Of a DNA stretch of 64,000 nucleotides, positions 30,463-40,062 are shown piece after piece (position 1 is the stretch's first letter; every line of letters begins with the position of its first letter). The notes beneath the pieces are model-generated. The model did no database searches, was not told the origin of the DNA, and saw only the letters and a program-made list of their open reading frames with translations. This DNA comes from Patescibacteria group bacterium (GTDB taxonomy: Bacteria; Patescibacteriota; Minisyncoccia; Phycocordibacterales; UBA918): assembly GCA_040386275.1 (NCBI GenBank), contig JAZKFU010000005.1, positions 7,378-71,377 of the forward strand. The letters are read 5' to 3'. A program made the translations under genes and the position numbers.

Positions 30463-30594
30463 AATGAGTGTCCCACAATTAGAATATTTTTTCTGTTAGT
30501 AATTCTCCCAGTACCTTGGTTCTTGACCTTGTATCTTTGACTCATTAAACCGGCTGCCAATTTCAGAAAGTCTTGCCACTTTTGTAAAGTGTTG

Positions 30595-30822
30595 TCATTC
30601 CTTTTTCTCTATTAAACTCCTTGTTACGAAAGGAGTCGTACTGATATCATAATTCTTTGAGAGCTGGATAAAGTGTTCTGGTAAAGGTAAAACGTTACCT
30701 CGTTTGGATGAATGAGTAAGCATAACACCGTGAAAAGAATATTCGTCAATATCAGATAAAAACACTATAGGGTGGCTACCTAAATGGTTATTTGTTCCAA
30801 AAACAATATCGCCTGCTTCCAT
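30595..30822 (-). CDS. Small protein with MazF/PemK-like N-terminal region (75 aa, possibly truncated toxin-fold protein)
   Basis: EAGDIVFGTNNHLGSHPIVFLSD...GVMLTHSSKRGNVLPLP resembles the GDIxxVDFxPxxGSE...RPxxVLS...TS core of MazF/Kid. Confidence 0.4.
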   Translation of the reverse strand: MEAGDIVFGTNNHLGSHPIVFLSDIDEYSFHGVMLTHSSKRGNVLPLPEHFIQLSKNYDISTTPFVTRSLIEKKE

Positions 30823-30832
30823 ACATTAACAA

Positions 30833-31576
30833 CTACTTAATATGTGGCAATACCCTAAGTCCATCTTGAATTGAAATTGCAGCCACATTTGTCCTTAATA
30901 GCTTTTTTGCAATAAGACTAATCGGTAATTCTCCTGTAATTACAGCAATAATCATAACGTACGTTAAGTAGTTGTTTTTGCCACCTACTCCACCCTTAGT
31001 TAAATCCTTACCTTTATAATAATATTTAACGTCTTCATTTAAAGCTATTGCATCTAGATACTGTAAAAAGACAATGGGTGGCACTCCGTAAATTAAAGGG
31101 ATTTTTGACGTTATATAGTCAATCACCATACTGTTTGGACAATATCTATAAATACGAGTGCCTGAGATTGTTAATTCATCTTTATGATCAAGCAGAAATG
31201 CTGAACGGAAAAGCAAAGCTCCAATTAATTCAACACAATATTTTTCTACTTTTGCTACTTCTTCTAAATCGCTTACTACATCACCAAATGTTGCCGCTGA
31301 TCCAAGATTAATATTATTCTTAAACAGGTCTGGTCTCATATCATGAGGATTTAGTGCACCGGTATACCCCGACTCGTTAGTTGATTCCTTACCAGGTTTA
31401 CCGAATGCTATTTTATAAACCCCATTTTCCCATATAGAGTGATATATTTTGCTTCTGAAAGTACCTGAATCCCAAGACATAGCTTCATTAATACGATTCA
31501 TTCTTTTTTCAAATACCGCTCGTTGACTAGGTGGATTTCCAACAATTTTCAGTATTTCGTTAAATTCAGGCACCAT
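30833..31576 (-). CDS. Hypothetical protein (247 aa), middle gene of GHKL-ATPase operon
   Basis: 10-nt spacing to downstream small gene, 132 nt to upstream GHKL gene; no recognisable motif. Confidence 0.5.
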   Translation of the reverse strand: MVPEFNEILKIVGNPPSQRAVFEKRMNRINEAMSWDSGTFRSKIYHSIWENGVYKIAFGKPGKESTNESGYTGALNPHDMRPDLFKNNINLGSAATFGDVVSDLEEVAKVEKYCVELIGALLFRSAFLLDHKDELTISGTRIYRYCPNSMVIDYITSKIPLIYGVPPIVFLQYLDAIALNEDVKYYYKGKDLTKGGVGGKNNYLTYVMIIAVITGELPISLIAKKLLRTNVAAISIQDGLRVLPHIK

Positions 31577-31708
31577 AAATATTGAGTTTGAGATTAAAGT
31601 TTGCTTCGAAACGAAGATATTTTATATTAGCATCATTGCTGTTTAATGGCTAAATGAAATACTAAAAATGACCTGCAAAGTGCAGGTCATTTTCAATAAA
31701 GTAAAGTA

Positions 31709-33259
31709 CTATCCTAGAAGTATTCTAAGATTGCTAGACATTGTAATAATCATGTCATTTAATAACTTACTTCTTAGTGCGTCAGTAGAATATTGCAACT
31801 TTGCTTCACCAATAACATAAACAAGAGCATGGACAGCATTTAGCAAGTCTTTATTGTCACTATTGTTAATTACAAATGTTTGGTAGAAAGGGTGGTCAAT
31901 GTTCCAGATAATAATAGTTAGTTTGCCTTCTTTCTCGACATCAATTATTGGACCTGCGGCAGTAAACGACGAAGTGCCAAACCTAACAATGTCACTAGAA
32001 AGCAATTGTTTACCAGTCTGAGAAGTTTTCTTTGGATTGGCGTCAGTCAAAAAACTAACAAGCTTTTTCTTTGTAATAGAAGAAGCGGTTGATTCTGGGG
32101 AGGCGATTTCAAGTAGCTTTGCAGAAGATTTAATATTTTTTTCTGCACTAATAAAATCATCTACCAGTTCCTCAGTACTTTTCTTAACAGAATTTTTATC
32201 TGTGCGATTTTTAATTGTTTCTACTGTATTGTAAGTACACTGATCAAGTAAATCAATAATTTTTTGCGTTGGATTGATATCGTGTTTTGAGAAGTTTATG
32301 CCCATTTGGTTATCTAATTCAGCACTAAATAACACTTCAATTCTCACACGATTTAACGCATTATGAACTTTAAACCTTCCAAGTTTGAGCCCTTTTGCAA
32401 TTTGTCGGTGGTTTCTAAGAATGTAGAATCCTTGATTTGTTTGATTAATTTTAAGACGAGTGTTTGTAGGCTTATCAAATTCAGGAATATGATAAATCTT
32501 TATTCTGATACTCTCTACAGCACCACTCTCGAGAGTGACGGGATATTTTTCGTCACTCAGTAATGTTGTGGTTTCTGCTTCGTTATATTGATCTACTAAT
32601 ATTCCGTCTACCCACATTGGGTCTTTGATAAAAACAGGTTCATTGTTAATGCTAATTTTGAGTCCAGCTCGCAAGAAATATCTGTAAATTTCACCAAAAT
32701 GGTTTGATAGAGTATCAATCAATTCTTTAGTATTTCTGATTGTGAGCTTATCACAATTACGTAGCACTAAAACTGTTCCTTGCTCACCAAGTCCAAATTC
32801 TTGACTAACTTCGATATGCGCTGGTGTTGCCAGACCACGTTGAAATTCAAAGGAGTTAGTCTTAATTACATCATCTAAGTCAAGAATCCCCGCAAAAGTT
32901 TGAGAGTTTTTCTTTTTAGTGTATATTTCGATTCTCTTTGTAAGAGATATTGAAGCTGTGACCAATCCAAGTCCAAATTTTCCTAAATCAGAACTATCTT
33001 CATGGTTAGTATCTGATCCAAGTCTGAGCGCCTGGCAAAGAACGTTGAAATCCATTCCTATTCCATCGTCAGATACGGCAATTGTAGTTTGTCCCTTTTC
33101 TTCAAGAACGTAAACCTTGATATTCTTTGCGTCTGCGTCGATACTATTGTCTAGTATATCTGCTATTGCTGTTTCATTTTTATAGCCACTGCTTCGTAGT
33201 GATGTCATCAATCTACCAGCATTTGGTGTATTTTCTGCCGTCGTAAATTTCTCGTTCAT
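31709..33259 (-). CDS. GHKL/Bergerat-fold ATPase (HATPase_c_3, MORC/Hsp90-like N-terminal domain), 516 aa
   Basis: Motif I IADILDNSIDADAKN, motif II DDGIGMD, motif III GKFGLGL. Confidence 0.8.
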   Translation of the reverse strand: MNEKFTTAENTPNAGRLMTSLRSSGYKNETAIADILDNSIDADAKNIKVYVLEEKGQTTIAVSDDGIGMDFNVLCQALRLGSDTNHEDSSDLGKFGLGLVTASISLTKRIEIYTKKKNSQTFAGILDLDDVIKTNSFEFQRGLATPAHIEVSQEFGLGEQGTVLVLRNCDKLTIRNTKELIDTLSNHFGEIYRYFLRAGLKISINNEPVFIKDPMWVDGILVDQYNEAETTTLLSDEKYPVTLESGAVESIRIKIYHIPEFDKPTNTRLKINQTNQGFYILRNHRQIAKGLKLGRFKVHNALNRVRIEVLFSAELDNQMGINFSKHDINPTQKIIDLLDQCTYNTVETIKNRTDKNSVKKSTEELVDDFISAEKNIKSSAKLLEIASPESTASSITKKKLVSFLTDANPKKTSQTGKQLLSSDIVRFGTSSFTAAGPIIDVEKEGKLTIIIWNIDHPFYQTFVINNSDNKDLLNAVHALVYVIGEAKLQYSTDALRSKLLNDMIITMSSNLRILLG

Positions 33260-33520
33260 ATTTTTTTGTTTTAGCCCCCAATGACGTGTGCCACCAGAGA
33301 ATTTTTAAAATAAAAATGCAGACTCCAAAGGATGCCTGCATAATACAAAATAGTATAGTGCTAGCTTCTTTGGTCCTCGATAACCATTGGCCACCAAGAT
33401 AAGAATGCTATTTTTATGTAAATTGATTCTAGCGCATGAATATTTATCTGTCAATTTGAATAGGAATGTGTTTGCTTAATATGTCAATTCTCTATATTAG
33501 TCGATTTTCTCACACAATAG

Positions 33521-33555
33521 AGGGACAATTACTAGAATAGCTGTCCCACATTTAG
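33521..33555. promoter_or_regulatory. Dyad-symmetric site GGGACA-N14-TGTCCCACATTTAG, near-copy of the island-terminal recombinase half-site
   Basis: GTCCCACATTTAG vs island left end GTCCCACAATTAG (12/13); inverted GGGACA arm 14 bp upstream. Confidence 0.55.
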
Positions 33556-33559
33556 TTAT

Positions 33560-34396
33560 TTATATAATAATTTTTCTTAATTTATATATAACTTCCTTCA
33601 TATTTTCACTATTTTTAGTGTTTTCTCTTAGTGTAAGCGCGAAAACAGAGTAGGTATGTACCGCAGTCATATTGATAGCAAACCGTATCATTCCCTCTGA
33701 TTGCTTAAAATGATCATCTGTTTCAGAGTGGTAAGAATCAATGGTACTTGGTCCTCCATGAACAAAAGAGGATAGTCTGGAGTAATCAGATACAAGGGCT
33801 GGAATAAAATCACTTCCTGGAGCCTTGTGTTCAGATAGATATCTAATGATATTCTTATAATCAAAGTTTGCTACCGCATCTTTTACTGATTGGTGCGAGG
33901 TATCCTTTAGGGAGGGTAAGTGCTTGATTATGTGTTGCCATACATTTAAGTTCTTTGATTCCAAGTCCATGATTTCAGACATTCGTTTTAGAGATATTCC
34001 ATACTGAACCTCTTCCCCAATTCTAACTAAACTTCGGTATTCATTTCCAGTTTCATCACTTTTTTCATTTGAGTATCTTGTCCAAATATAAGTAGCCTTA
34101 AGCCAATGTTCTAGAAAAGACCTGTACAGGACGTTCATGCTGTAATAATTGTCCTCTTTACCCAATTGAAGGAGGCCATTCTTAATCGTAGAAAGTCGCA
34201 CTATAAACTCCATTAAAACAATGAGGGTAACTTTGTCAGACCATCCTTTAATATGGTCATTTAATATCGGCATTCCAGTTTCAAATAGCTCAAAATAAGA
34301 GTTATTTACATCGTTAGCTGTATCTAGCCATTTAGAGAAAATTTCAAATTTATCGTCGTACTCTTTTTCCTTAGTACTTTGTTGATTCATCCTCAA
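33560..34396 (-). CDS. Hypothetical protein (278 aa) translationally coupled (ATGA overlap) to the serine recombinase
   Basis: 4-nt overlap with recombinase stop; no motif recognised. Confidence 0.5.
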   Translation of the reverse strand: MRMNQQSTKEKEYDDKFEIFSKWLDTANDVNNSYFELFETGMPILNDHIKGWSDKVTLIVLMEFIVRLSTIKNGLLQLGKEDNYYSMNVLYRSFLEHWLKATYIWTRYSNEKSDETGNEYRSLVRIGEEVQYGISLKRMSEIMDLESKNLNVWQHIIKHLPSLKDTSHQSVKDAVANFDYKNIIRYLSEHKAPGSDFIPALVSDYSRLSSFVHGGPSTIDSYHSETDDHFKQSEGMIRFAINMTAVHTYSVFALTLRENTKNSENMKEVIYKLRKIII

Positions 34397-36165
34397 ATGA
34401 TACTACTCATTCTAGGTTTGTACATTAGTGGGTTACTTTTTAAAAGATATTGCCTTCGCTGTGTTTCAGAGAGAATTTTTACGTGAAGTACTAATCGCAT
34501 TTTTTGGTCCACGTTTAGTTGTTTGCTAGTTGGTGATTTGATTGAGGATGGAAAGCGAAACACAACTTCTGCGTAATTGTCTTGAATAAATAGAGATATC
34601 CTTTCAATGAATAATCGTAGGATATATTGCTGTTCTTCGTAGCTCACATTAGCTAGTCGAGACTCGTACTGCTTAAACAACATCTTGATAATGTCATTTC
34701 TATTTACCAGCTCATCTGCTTTTAATAATGACTGGGTCAATTTATCTCTTTCGATAGTAAGAGTATTTACACGTTCCTTATTATCTCTAATTAGTTTTCT
34801 ATAGTCATCTTCTGCGAGATTCATTTCAGCAAATGCTAGCGCGATACGACCTTGTTGGTCTTTAAGGTTTTTAACTTGTTCCGTCAGTTCAGCAACTTTC
34901 TTTTCAATTCTTGCTTCGTTGCGGTTCTTAAAAGTGTACTCTTCAAGTCGAGGTAAAACGTTGTCTGGATTACTTAGAATCTCGACCAATGTTGTCCATA
35001 TAGGTATCAATCTAGTTTCTGCGCATTGACCCTCTGGATTGTGTTTTGAGTCACTCGAAGCAACTCTGTCTATGTCTTGAACATAAACATGGTAATACTT
35101 ACCTAATGTTGGTGTTTTTTGGTCTTTCTTTGGCTTCTGATATCCGCTCTGCAGTTTCTTGCCAGTGCTTCCCGAATAGAGCAAGCCAGAAAATAGATAT
35201 ATTCTTTTTTCATTACGCTTTTGCATTCGACGATTCATGTGTAGCTGTTCGATAGCCTGCGCGAACATTTCTTTTGAGATTATTGCTGGAACTGTTATTA
35301 AAACATGTTCAGAGCTATCTTTGTGAAAGCTTGTATCTGTAACAATTTGGGCTGTCCTTTGATTAGTTTTATATTTTCCAAAATACGTTTCACCAGTGTA
35401 TACCTCGTTAGCTAAAATTCGGTTGATTGTTCGTTTGTACCAGCTACCTTTCTTTTTTCTTGCGGTAATAGTTGTGTGTTTTGGGGTCGGTAGTTTGAGT
35501 TCAATCGCTCGCTTAGTAATTTCACGAAGTGAACATCTCTCATGTACCAACCATTCAAAGAATCTAACGACGACCTCTGCTTCCTCTGGGCATACAATCA
35601 ATTTCTTAGTTTCAGTGTTTACACGATAGCCGTATGGAGGTACTCCGGTAACCCATTTACCTTCTGCAGCAGCTCTTCGTTTACCTCCCATCATTCGGTC
35701 TCGTATAACTTCTCTCTCGTGTTCCGCAAAAGAACCTAGAATTTGTAGCATTAATCTACCGCTTGGAGTTGCTGTATCGAACGCTTCAGTCGAAGATTGA
35801 AACGCAACACCATACTCAACTAACTTGGCCAGTGCATTTAGTAGCTTACGTTGATTACGGAAGATACGGTCGAGCTTATAGACCAGCAGTAAATCAAATT
35901 CTTTATTTTCAGCCGCTTTAAAAGCTTTTGCTAATCCTGGTCGGGATTCAATTTCAAGAGTTCCTGAAAGACCCTCATCTCTAAATACATGCTCATCTAA
36001 TAGTGTGAAACCCTGACTGCTACAAAACTGTTTTAGTCTATCCTCTTGTACCTCCAGTCCGTAGTGCCCCTCTTTAGCCTGTTCTTCAGTTGATACACGC
36101 AAATAGATTGCCACTCGCTTGGTGGGTGCTATTGTGAAATTTAAGTTATTTAATTGCGTTTGCAT
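34393..36165 (-). CDS. Large serine recombinase (integrase), 590 aa
   Basis: Catalytic N-domain RVAIYLRVSTEEQ ... LLLVYKLDRIFRN, recombinase domain, Zn-ribbon/coiled-coil C-terminal extension. Confidence 0.9.
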   Translation of the reverse strand: MQTQLNNLNFTIAPTKRVAIYLRVSTEEQAKEGHYGLEVQEDRLKQFCSSQGFTLLDEHVFRDEGLSGTLEIESRPGLAKAFKAAENKEFDLLLVYKLDRIFRNQRKLLNALAKLVEYGVAFQSSTEAFDTATPSGRLMLQILGSFAEHEREVIRDRMMGGKRRAAAEGKWVTGVPPYGYRVNTETKKLIVCPEEAEVVVRFFEWLVHERCSLREITKRAIELKLPTPKHTTITARKKKGSWYKRTINRILANEVYTGETYFGKYKTNQRTAQIVTDTSFHKDSSEHVLITVPAIISKEMFAQAIEQLHMNRRMQKRNEKRIYLFSGLLYSGSTGKKLQSGYQKPKKDQKTPTLGKYYHVYVQDIDRVASSDSKHNPEGQCAETRLIPIWTTLVEILSNPDNVLPRLEEYTFKNRNEARIEKKVAELTEQVKNLKDQQGRIALAFAEMNLAEDDYRKLIRDNKERVNTLTIERDKLTQSLLKADELVNRNDIIKMLFKQYESRLANVSYEEQQYILRLFIERISLFIQDNYAEVVFRFPSSIKSPTSKQLNVDQKMRLVLHVKILSETQRRQYLLKSNPLMYKPRMSSII

Positions 36166-36168
36166 ATT

Positions 36169-36606
36169 TTATGTTTCTTCAAGTTCATCTGGACAGATAA
36201 TTAGTCGTCCGTCGTTAAAGTAAGTAGTGAATGGTCGATTAATACAGTGTATGTTTATGTCATTTTTCAGTAGCTCACCCACAAAATTGACGAGTCCACG
36301 GGTATTCTTACTGACTTCACTGAATCTCATAATTATGAGCACATCGTACTTTCTTGCGTGACCGGCAGAACGTGCGCCGTTTAATCCTGGAAGTTCATCG
36401 TAATTCTGTTCTTTGTAATTAATATGGTCTGTGAACTCGAGTATCGGTTTAATGTTTTGCTTTTGACAATACTGTTCAACAAACATTTTGTTTCGTCTTC
36501 CTCCATGCTGTTCTGCTCCATGAGTCATAAGTGAAAATGGTTTTTTCCATGCCCAGTAGTAAGTTGCGTAACGCACTGATTTGTTAGGCTTATTCTCCAT
36601 AAGCAT
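36169..36606 (-). CDS. Resolvase/invertase-like serine-recombinase catalytic-domain protein (145 aa, lacks HTH; possibly degenerate)
   Basis: YDVLIIMRFSEVSKNTRGLVNFVGELLKNDINIHC matches DVLxVxKLDRLxRS...LxxxGVxF core; N-terminal RVS(T)xxQ motif divergent. Confidence 0.45.
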   Translation of the reverse strand: MLMENKPNKSVRYATYYWAWKKPFSLMTHGAEQHGGRRNKMFVEQYCQKQNIKPILEFTDHINYKEQNYDELPGLNGARSAGHARKYDVLIIMRFSEVSKNTRGLVNFVGELLKNDINIHCINRPFTTYFNDGRLIICPDELEET

Positions 36607-36854
36607 TTTTGTCTACTGAAACAACAATCATTCCTTCCTCAATTCTTCGTTCAAACACTATTCCCTCAGGTGATTCATATTCGTGTAATATACGGTGGAG
36701 CAAGTCATTTTCCGATATACACTTAGATAGCCGTTTTAATCTATGATTTGTTGTTTTCATAATGCCATATAGTTGACTATATGGCTGATTAAATACGGCT
36801 CCTTCTAAATGTACATAGGACGCCTGTTATTCATCCCTCTGATTTACCTGGCTT

Positions 36855-37838
36855 TTAGTGAACTAATTTGTACTCTCTTTTCCCATTCTTAGTGTCATAT
36901 ACAATTTTTTGTTCACTAACAAGTAATCTTATAGCTTCTCCAGCATTGCGTACTCCACACTTTGATTCTCTAACGATTCTTTCCTGAAGAATCATTCTAG
37001 GCAAAGATTCTTCGTTCAATATTTTTAAACAAAATGTTTTTGCAGTATCAACTTTAAGGATATTTTTGTCCGAATGTCCTCCATATTCTAAGGTCAAACC
37101 CTTATCATCTTCGTTTTGTATAAGGAATAATTTGATTGGCTCCGATTTTGGACCACACCGATTTTTTTCCTGTTGCAGAATTATTGTGTTTATCCCGTCA
37201 AGAGTTTTACCATCGATACTTATTGCAGAATCTGCACGGCCTAATATTGCCGAAGAACCTCTCGTGTTCTGTCCAGATGTACCAATTCCTTTTCTGCTGT
37301 GATGAACGAAAATTACAGAACATCCAGCTAATGCAAGTTGCTGTAACGCGGTCATCACTTTCTGCATTTCACTTGAACTATTTTCTTCACAGTCGTGAAC
37401 TGCAGCAAAGGGGTCGAGGATGAGACATTTTATATTGTTATCCATTATGTATTGCACAATCTCATCAATCCAACTCGGATTATCGAGCTTAAAACCATTC
37501 TGGGAAAGAAAATTCAGCGGTAAATTTTTGGAAAACCCAAGTAACTTACAGCGTTGTCTCATCTGCCAGATCCCTGATTCTTCGTCAATTATAAGAACAT
37601 TTCCTTGCTTAACATCAATTTGACCTACGAATTTATCACCACTTGCAACAGCTCTAGCTATTTCTAGTACAACCCAAGTTTTGCCCATACCAGGATGGCC
37701 ATATAGATATGAGATTCCGAATTCTGGAATAAGTTGATTTACTAAATATGAAGGAGCGGAGGATTCTGGTAATTCCATCAGCTCTTTAAGTGTGCAGGTC
37801 CCTTTATAGTAGATGGGGCTACTTTCAGTTTTACTCAT
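36855..37838 (-). CDS. RecA-fold AAA_25/RepA-like ATPase (plasmid/phage replication-associated)
   Basis: Walker A YGHPGMGKTW, Walker B CLILDPFAAV, 327 aa. Confidence 0.7.
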   Translation of the reverse strand: MSKTESSPIYYKGTCTLKELMELPESSAPSYLVNQLIPEFGISYLYGHPGMGKTWVVLEIARAVASGDKFVGQIDVKQGNVLIIDEESGIWQMRQRCKLLGFSKNLPLNFLSQNGFKLDNPSWIDEIVQYIMDNNIKCLILDPFAAVHDCEENSSSEMQKVMTALQQLALAGCSVIFVHHSRKGIGTSGQNTRGSSAILGRADSAISIDGKTLDGINTIILQQEKNRCGPKSEPIKLFLIQNEDDKGLTLEYGGHSDKNILKVDTAKTFCLKILNEESLPRMILQERIVRESKCGVRNAGEAIRLLVSEQKIVYDTKNGKREYKLVH

Positions 37839-38098
37839 AGTCTTCCTGAAATTCGAGTATCTTGTAAAAGTGCGACAGTCTTTGAAAAACCACTCAGAAT
37901 CTCTTGAATATCCTCCGTCCCATTCAACACTCGATTATTCATAGTAAGAGAAATTCTGTCACCTTCTCTTGTCTGGTAATAAAGGATGTTCGTATCTCCA
38001 ACGCTGTCTAATCTAACGTAACTTTCTTTCATACTTTTGCTTATTTCTAAGCACCCCGTCCTGTTCAGGAGATTTCGCATCTGAGAGTAACTTCTCAA
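37835..38098 (-). CDS. Hypothetical small protein (87 aa), overlaps upstream gene by 4 nt
   Basis: Operon position only. Confidence 0.35.
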   Translation of the reverse strand: MRSYSQMRNLLNRTGCLEISKSMKESYVRLDSVGDTNILYYQTREGDRISLTMNNRVLNGTEDIQEILSGFSKTVALLQDTRISGRL

Positions 38099-38179
38099 AC
38101 AATATTCTCCATTCCGTTTCTAAATTACCGAAGTGCATACGCACAAGGATAATTTAAAAACGATAATCCGTCGGTTAAT

Positions 38180-38983
38180 TTACTTTTTACCACTCAATCC
38201 ACGTCTTGAAATAAAGCTTTTGTTGTCACTAAGTGGTAAAACTCTTAGCCATATGTCACTTTTATCAATTTTTATTTTCAAGGGAATGCGCTTAGTATTT
38301 AGTTGGCGTTGAATTTCTCGAGTTACAAGTGTTAGTTTATTGAGGTTTAAATTTTCTTTGTCATATACAAATTCATGATTCTTCCAGTCAAGTTTCGATA
38401 TTAGACGTTCTAGGGGCATTTCTTCATAAACTTTTACACCAGCTTCCATTTTTGCAGGCTGACTTAGTAAAATTTTGAGTAGCTGTTTAGCTGTTTTGCG
38501 AGGTGAGTACTCTTCGCCAAGCGGCACTTTTATCGTAAGTGTGTCATCATTAGTAAAAATAAATTGCACCTCAGTTTGGCTTATAGATGCACTGGATACT
38601 GTGTCCTCGCTAGAGTTAAGAATTAAGCATAGCCTTTCGTATAAATAGCTACCCCATTCAACTAATTCCTTTTGTGCTTGTGATTGATTTTGTAATTCGT
38701 AATTTATTGTTCCTGGAGTATAAGTAAATGAATTACTACAATAAGCAGCAAAGCCAATGAAATCTTTCACAAAATCCCAAACAGCATAATTGGCTCCGAC
38801 TGGCGAAAGTTTGCTTGAAAATGATGTCGTTAGAAGTTGAGTAGTTTTGTCTAAAAAATTGACATTTCGTTGAGTTACCATTCCATCATTCAAATTTACA
38901 AGCAAATCCTGAAATTCAGTTTCAGAGAAAATAACGTCAGTTGTTAAATTGTAATGCTCTGAGACTATATTCTGCTTCTTCAT
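38180..38983 (-). CDS. Hypothetical protein (267 aa), island cargo
   Basis: ORF only. Confidence 0.45.
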   Translation of the reverse strand: MKKQNIVSEHYNLTTDVIFSETEFQDLLVNLNDGMVTQRNVNFLDKTTQLLTTSFSSKLSPVGANYAVWDFVKDFIGFAAYCSNSFTYTPGTINYELQNQSQAQKELVEWGSYLYERLCLILNSSEDTVSSASISQTEVQFIFTNDDTLTIKVPLGEEYSPRKTAKQLLKILLSQPAKMEAGVKVYEEMPLERLISKLDWKNHEFVYDKENLNLNKLTLVTREIQRQLNTKRIPLKIKIDKSDIWLRVLPLSDNKSFISRRGLSGKK

Positions 38984-39259
38984 ATTACCAGCATATCAAT
39001 CTCATTTATTATTGCAAAAGTGCAATCTATTTAATAGATTGCACTTTTGCACAAATTTACTACGTAGCACGCCTTTTGCGTGATATGTAGTAAATCGCTT
39101 ACTTTGAATTGATTTAAATCATCAAGTGATTACCTGACTTTATTAGAGAGATTTAACCAGATTACATTTCTACTATCTAGATGTAGTAAATACCTTAATG
39201 ACACTTTTCGTGTCATCTAGTGTATTTCCAGGGCTCAAGACCATGGCTCGATACAACAC

Positions 39260-39853
39260 CTATCGGCCAAATCTAGCTTTGCAATCGTCTACTTTTTCTT
39301 TAATTCTTTTTTCTACCAGACCATCTGCCCTGAAAGACTCTGCGTCTTTTAGACAAAGTGTGTAAAGCGTTGCTTTGTCGTTTACTCTAAAGATACCAAT
39401 ATCCTTAACGTCAGAAAAGGAAATACTGGAAGTAGATTGGACTTGAGGTGACAGAACTGTTGTGTCACCACTCACAGCGTAAACTTCGTTGTTAGATATT
39501 AAATATACATATCCAGCATTTGGTGAAGCGATAGCTCCTATCCAAACTATTACTCCATCTCCAATCGGATTTTGATAGACGTCAATATACGACTTACCGA
39601 TACCCAATCTGTCCCAGAAAGCATCGTCGATTGTGGCATAGACTTTCTCAATAGCAGCTTCTCTTTCCTTTTTATTAGTTATTCTTACAACTGGATTTGC
39701 TTCAGGTAGATTCCAATTCTCAGTATCGAGTACTTCAGCTACTGGTTTTTGTTCTGGTGTAAACATACCCTTAAAGAAAAGTATTCCTAGTATGAACAAA
39801 ACCACTACTAGAATTACTTTGCGGTTCTTACTTTGATTGGTCGCTCCTTCCAT
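39260..39853 (-). CDS. Membrane-anchored hypothetical protein (start inferred at MEGATNQSK)
   Basis: N-terminal TM KVILVVVLFILGILFF. Confidence 0.45.
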   Translation of the reverse strand: MEGATNQSKNRKVILVVVLFILGILFFKGMFTPEQKPVAEVLDTENWNLPEANPVVRITNKKEREAAIEKVYATIDDAFWDRLGIGKSYIDVYQNPIGDGVIVWIGAIASPNAGYVYLISNNEVYAVSGDTTVLSPQVQSTSSISFSDVKDIGIFRVNDKATLYTLCLKDAESFRADGLVEKRIKEKVDDCKARFGR

Positions 39854-40062
39854 ATTAAAAGGCTTAACTTTGTAAGCGCAAGGAGTAACAAAAAACTCCC
39901 CGCGAGATGGTGGCATGGCCACCCACTGTCAGTTTCCCAACAGGGCCTACAAAGCATCCCTCGCGAGGAGGTTTTTACTTTGTAGGACTTGCGGCCATAC
40001 CTCTATCAAGAGATAAAGGGTTAGGCCATTAATATTCAGTTGTCAGCTAATAGTATATCTTT

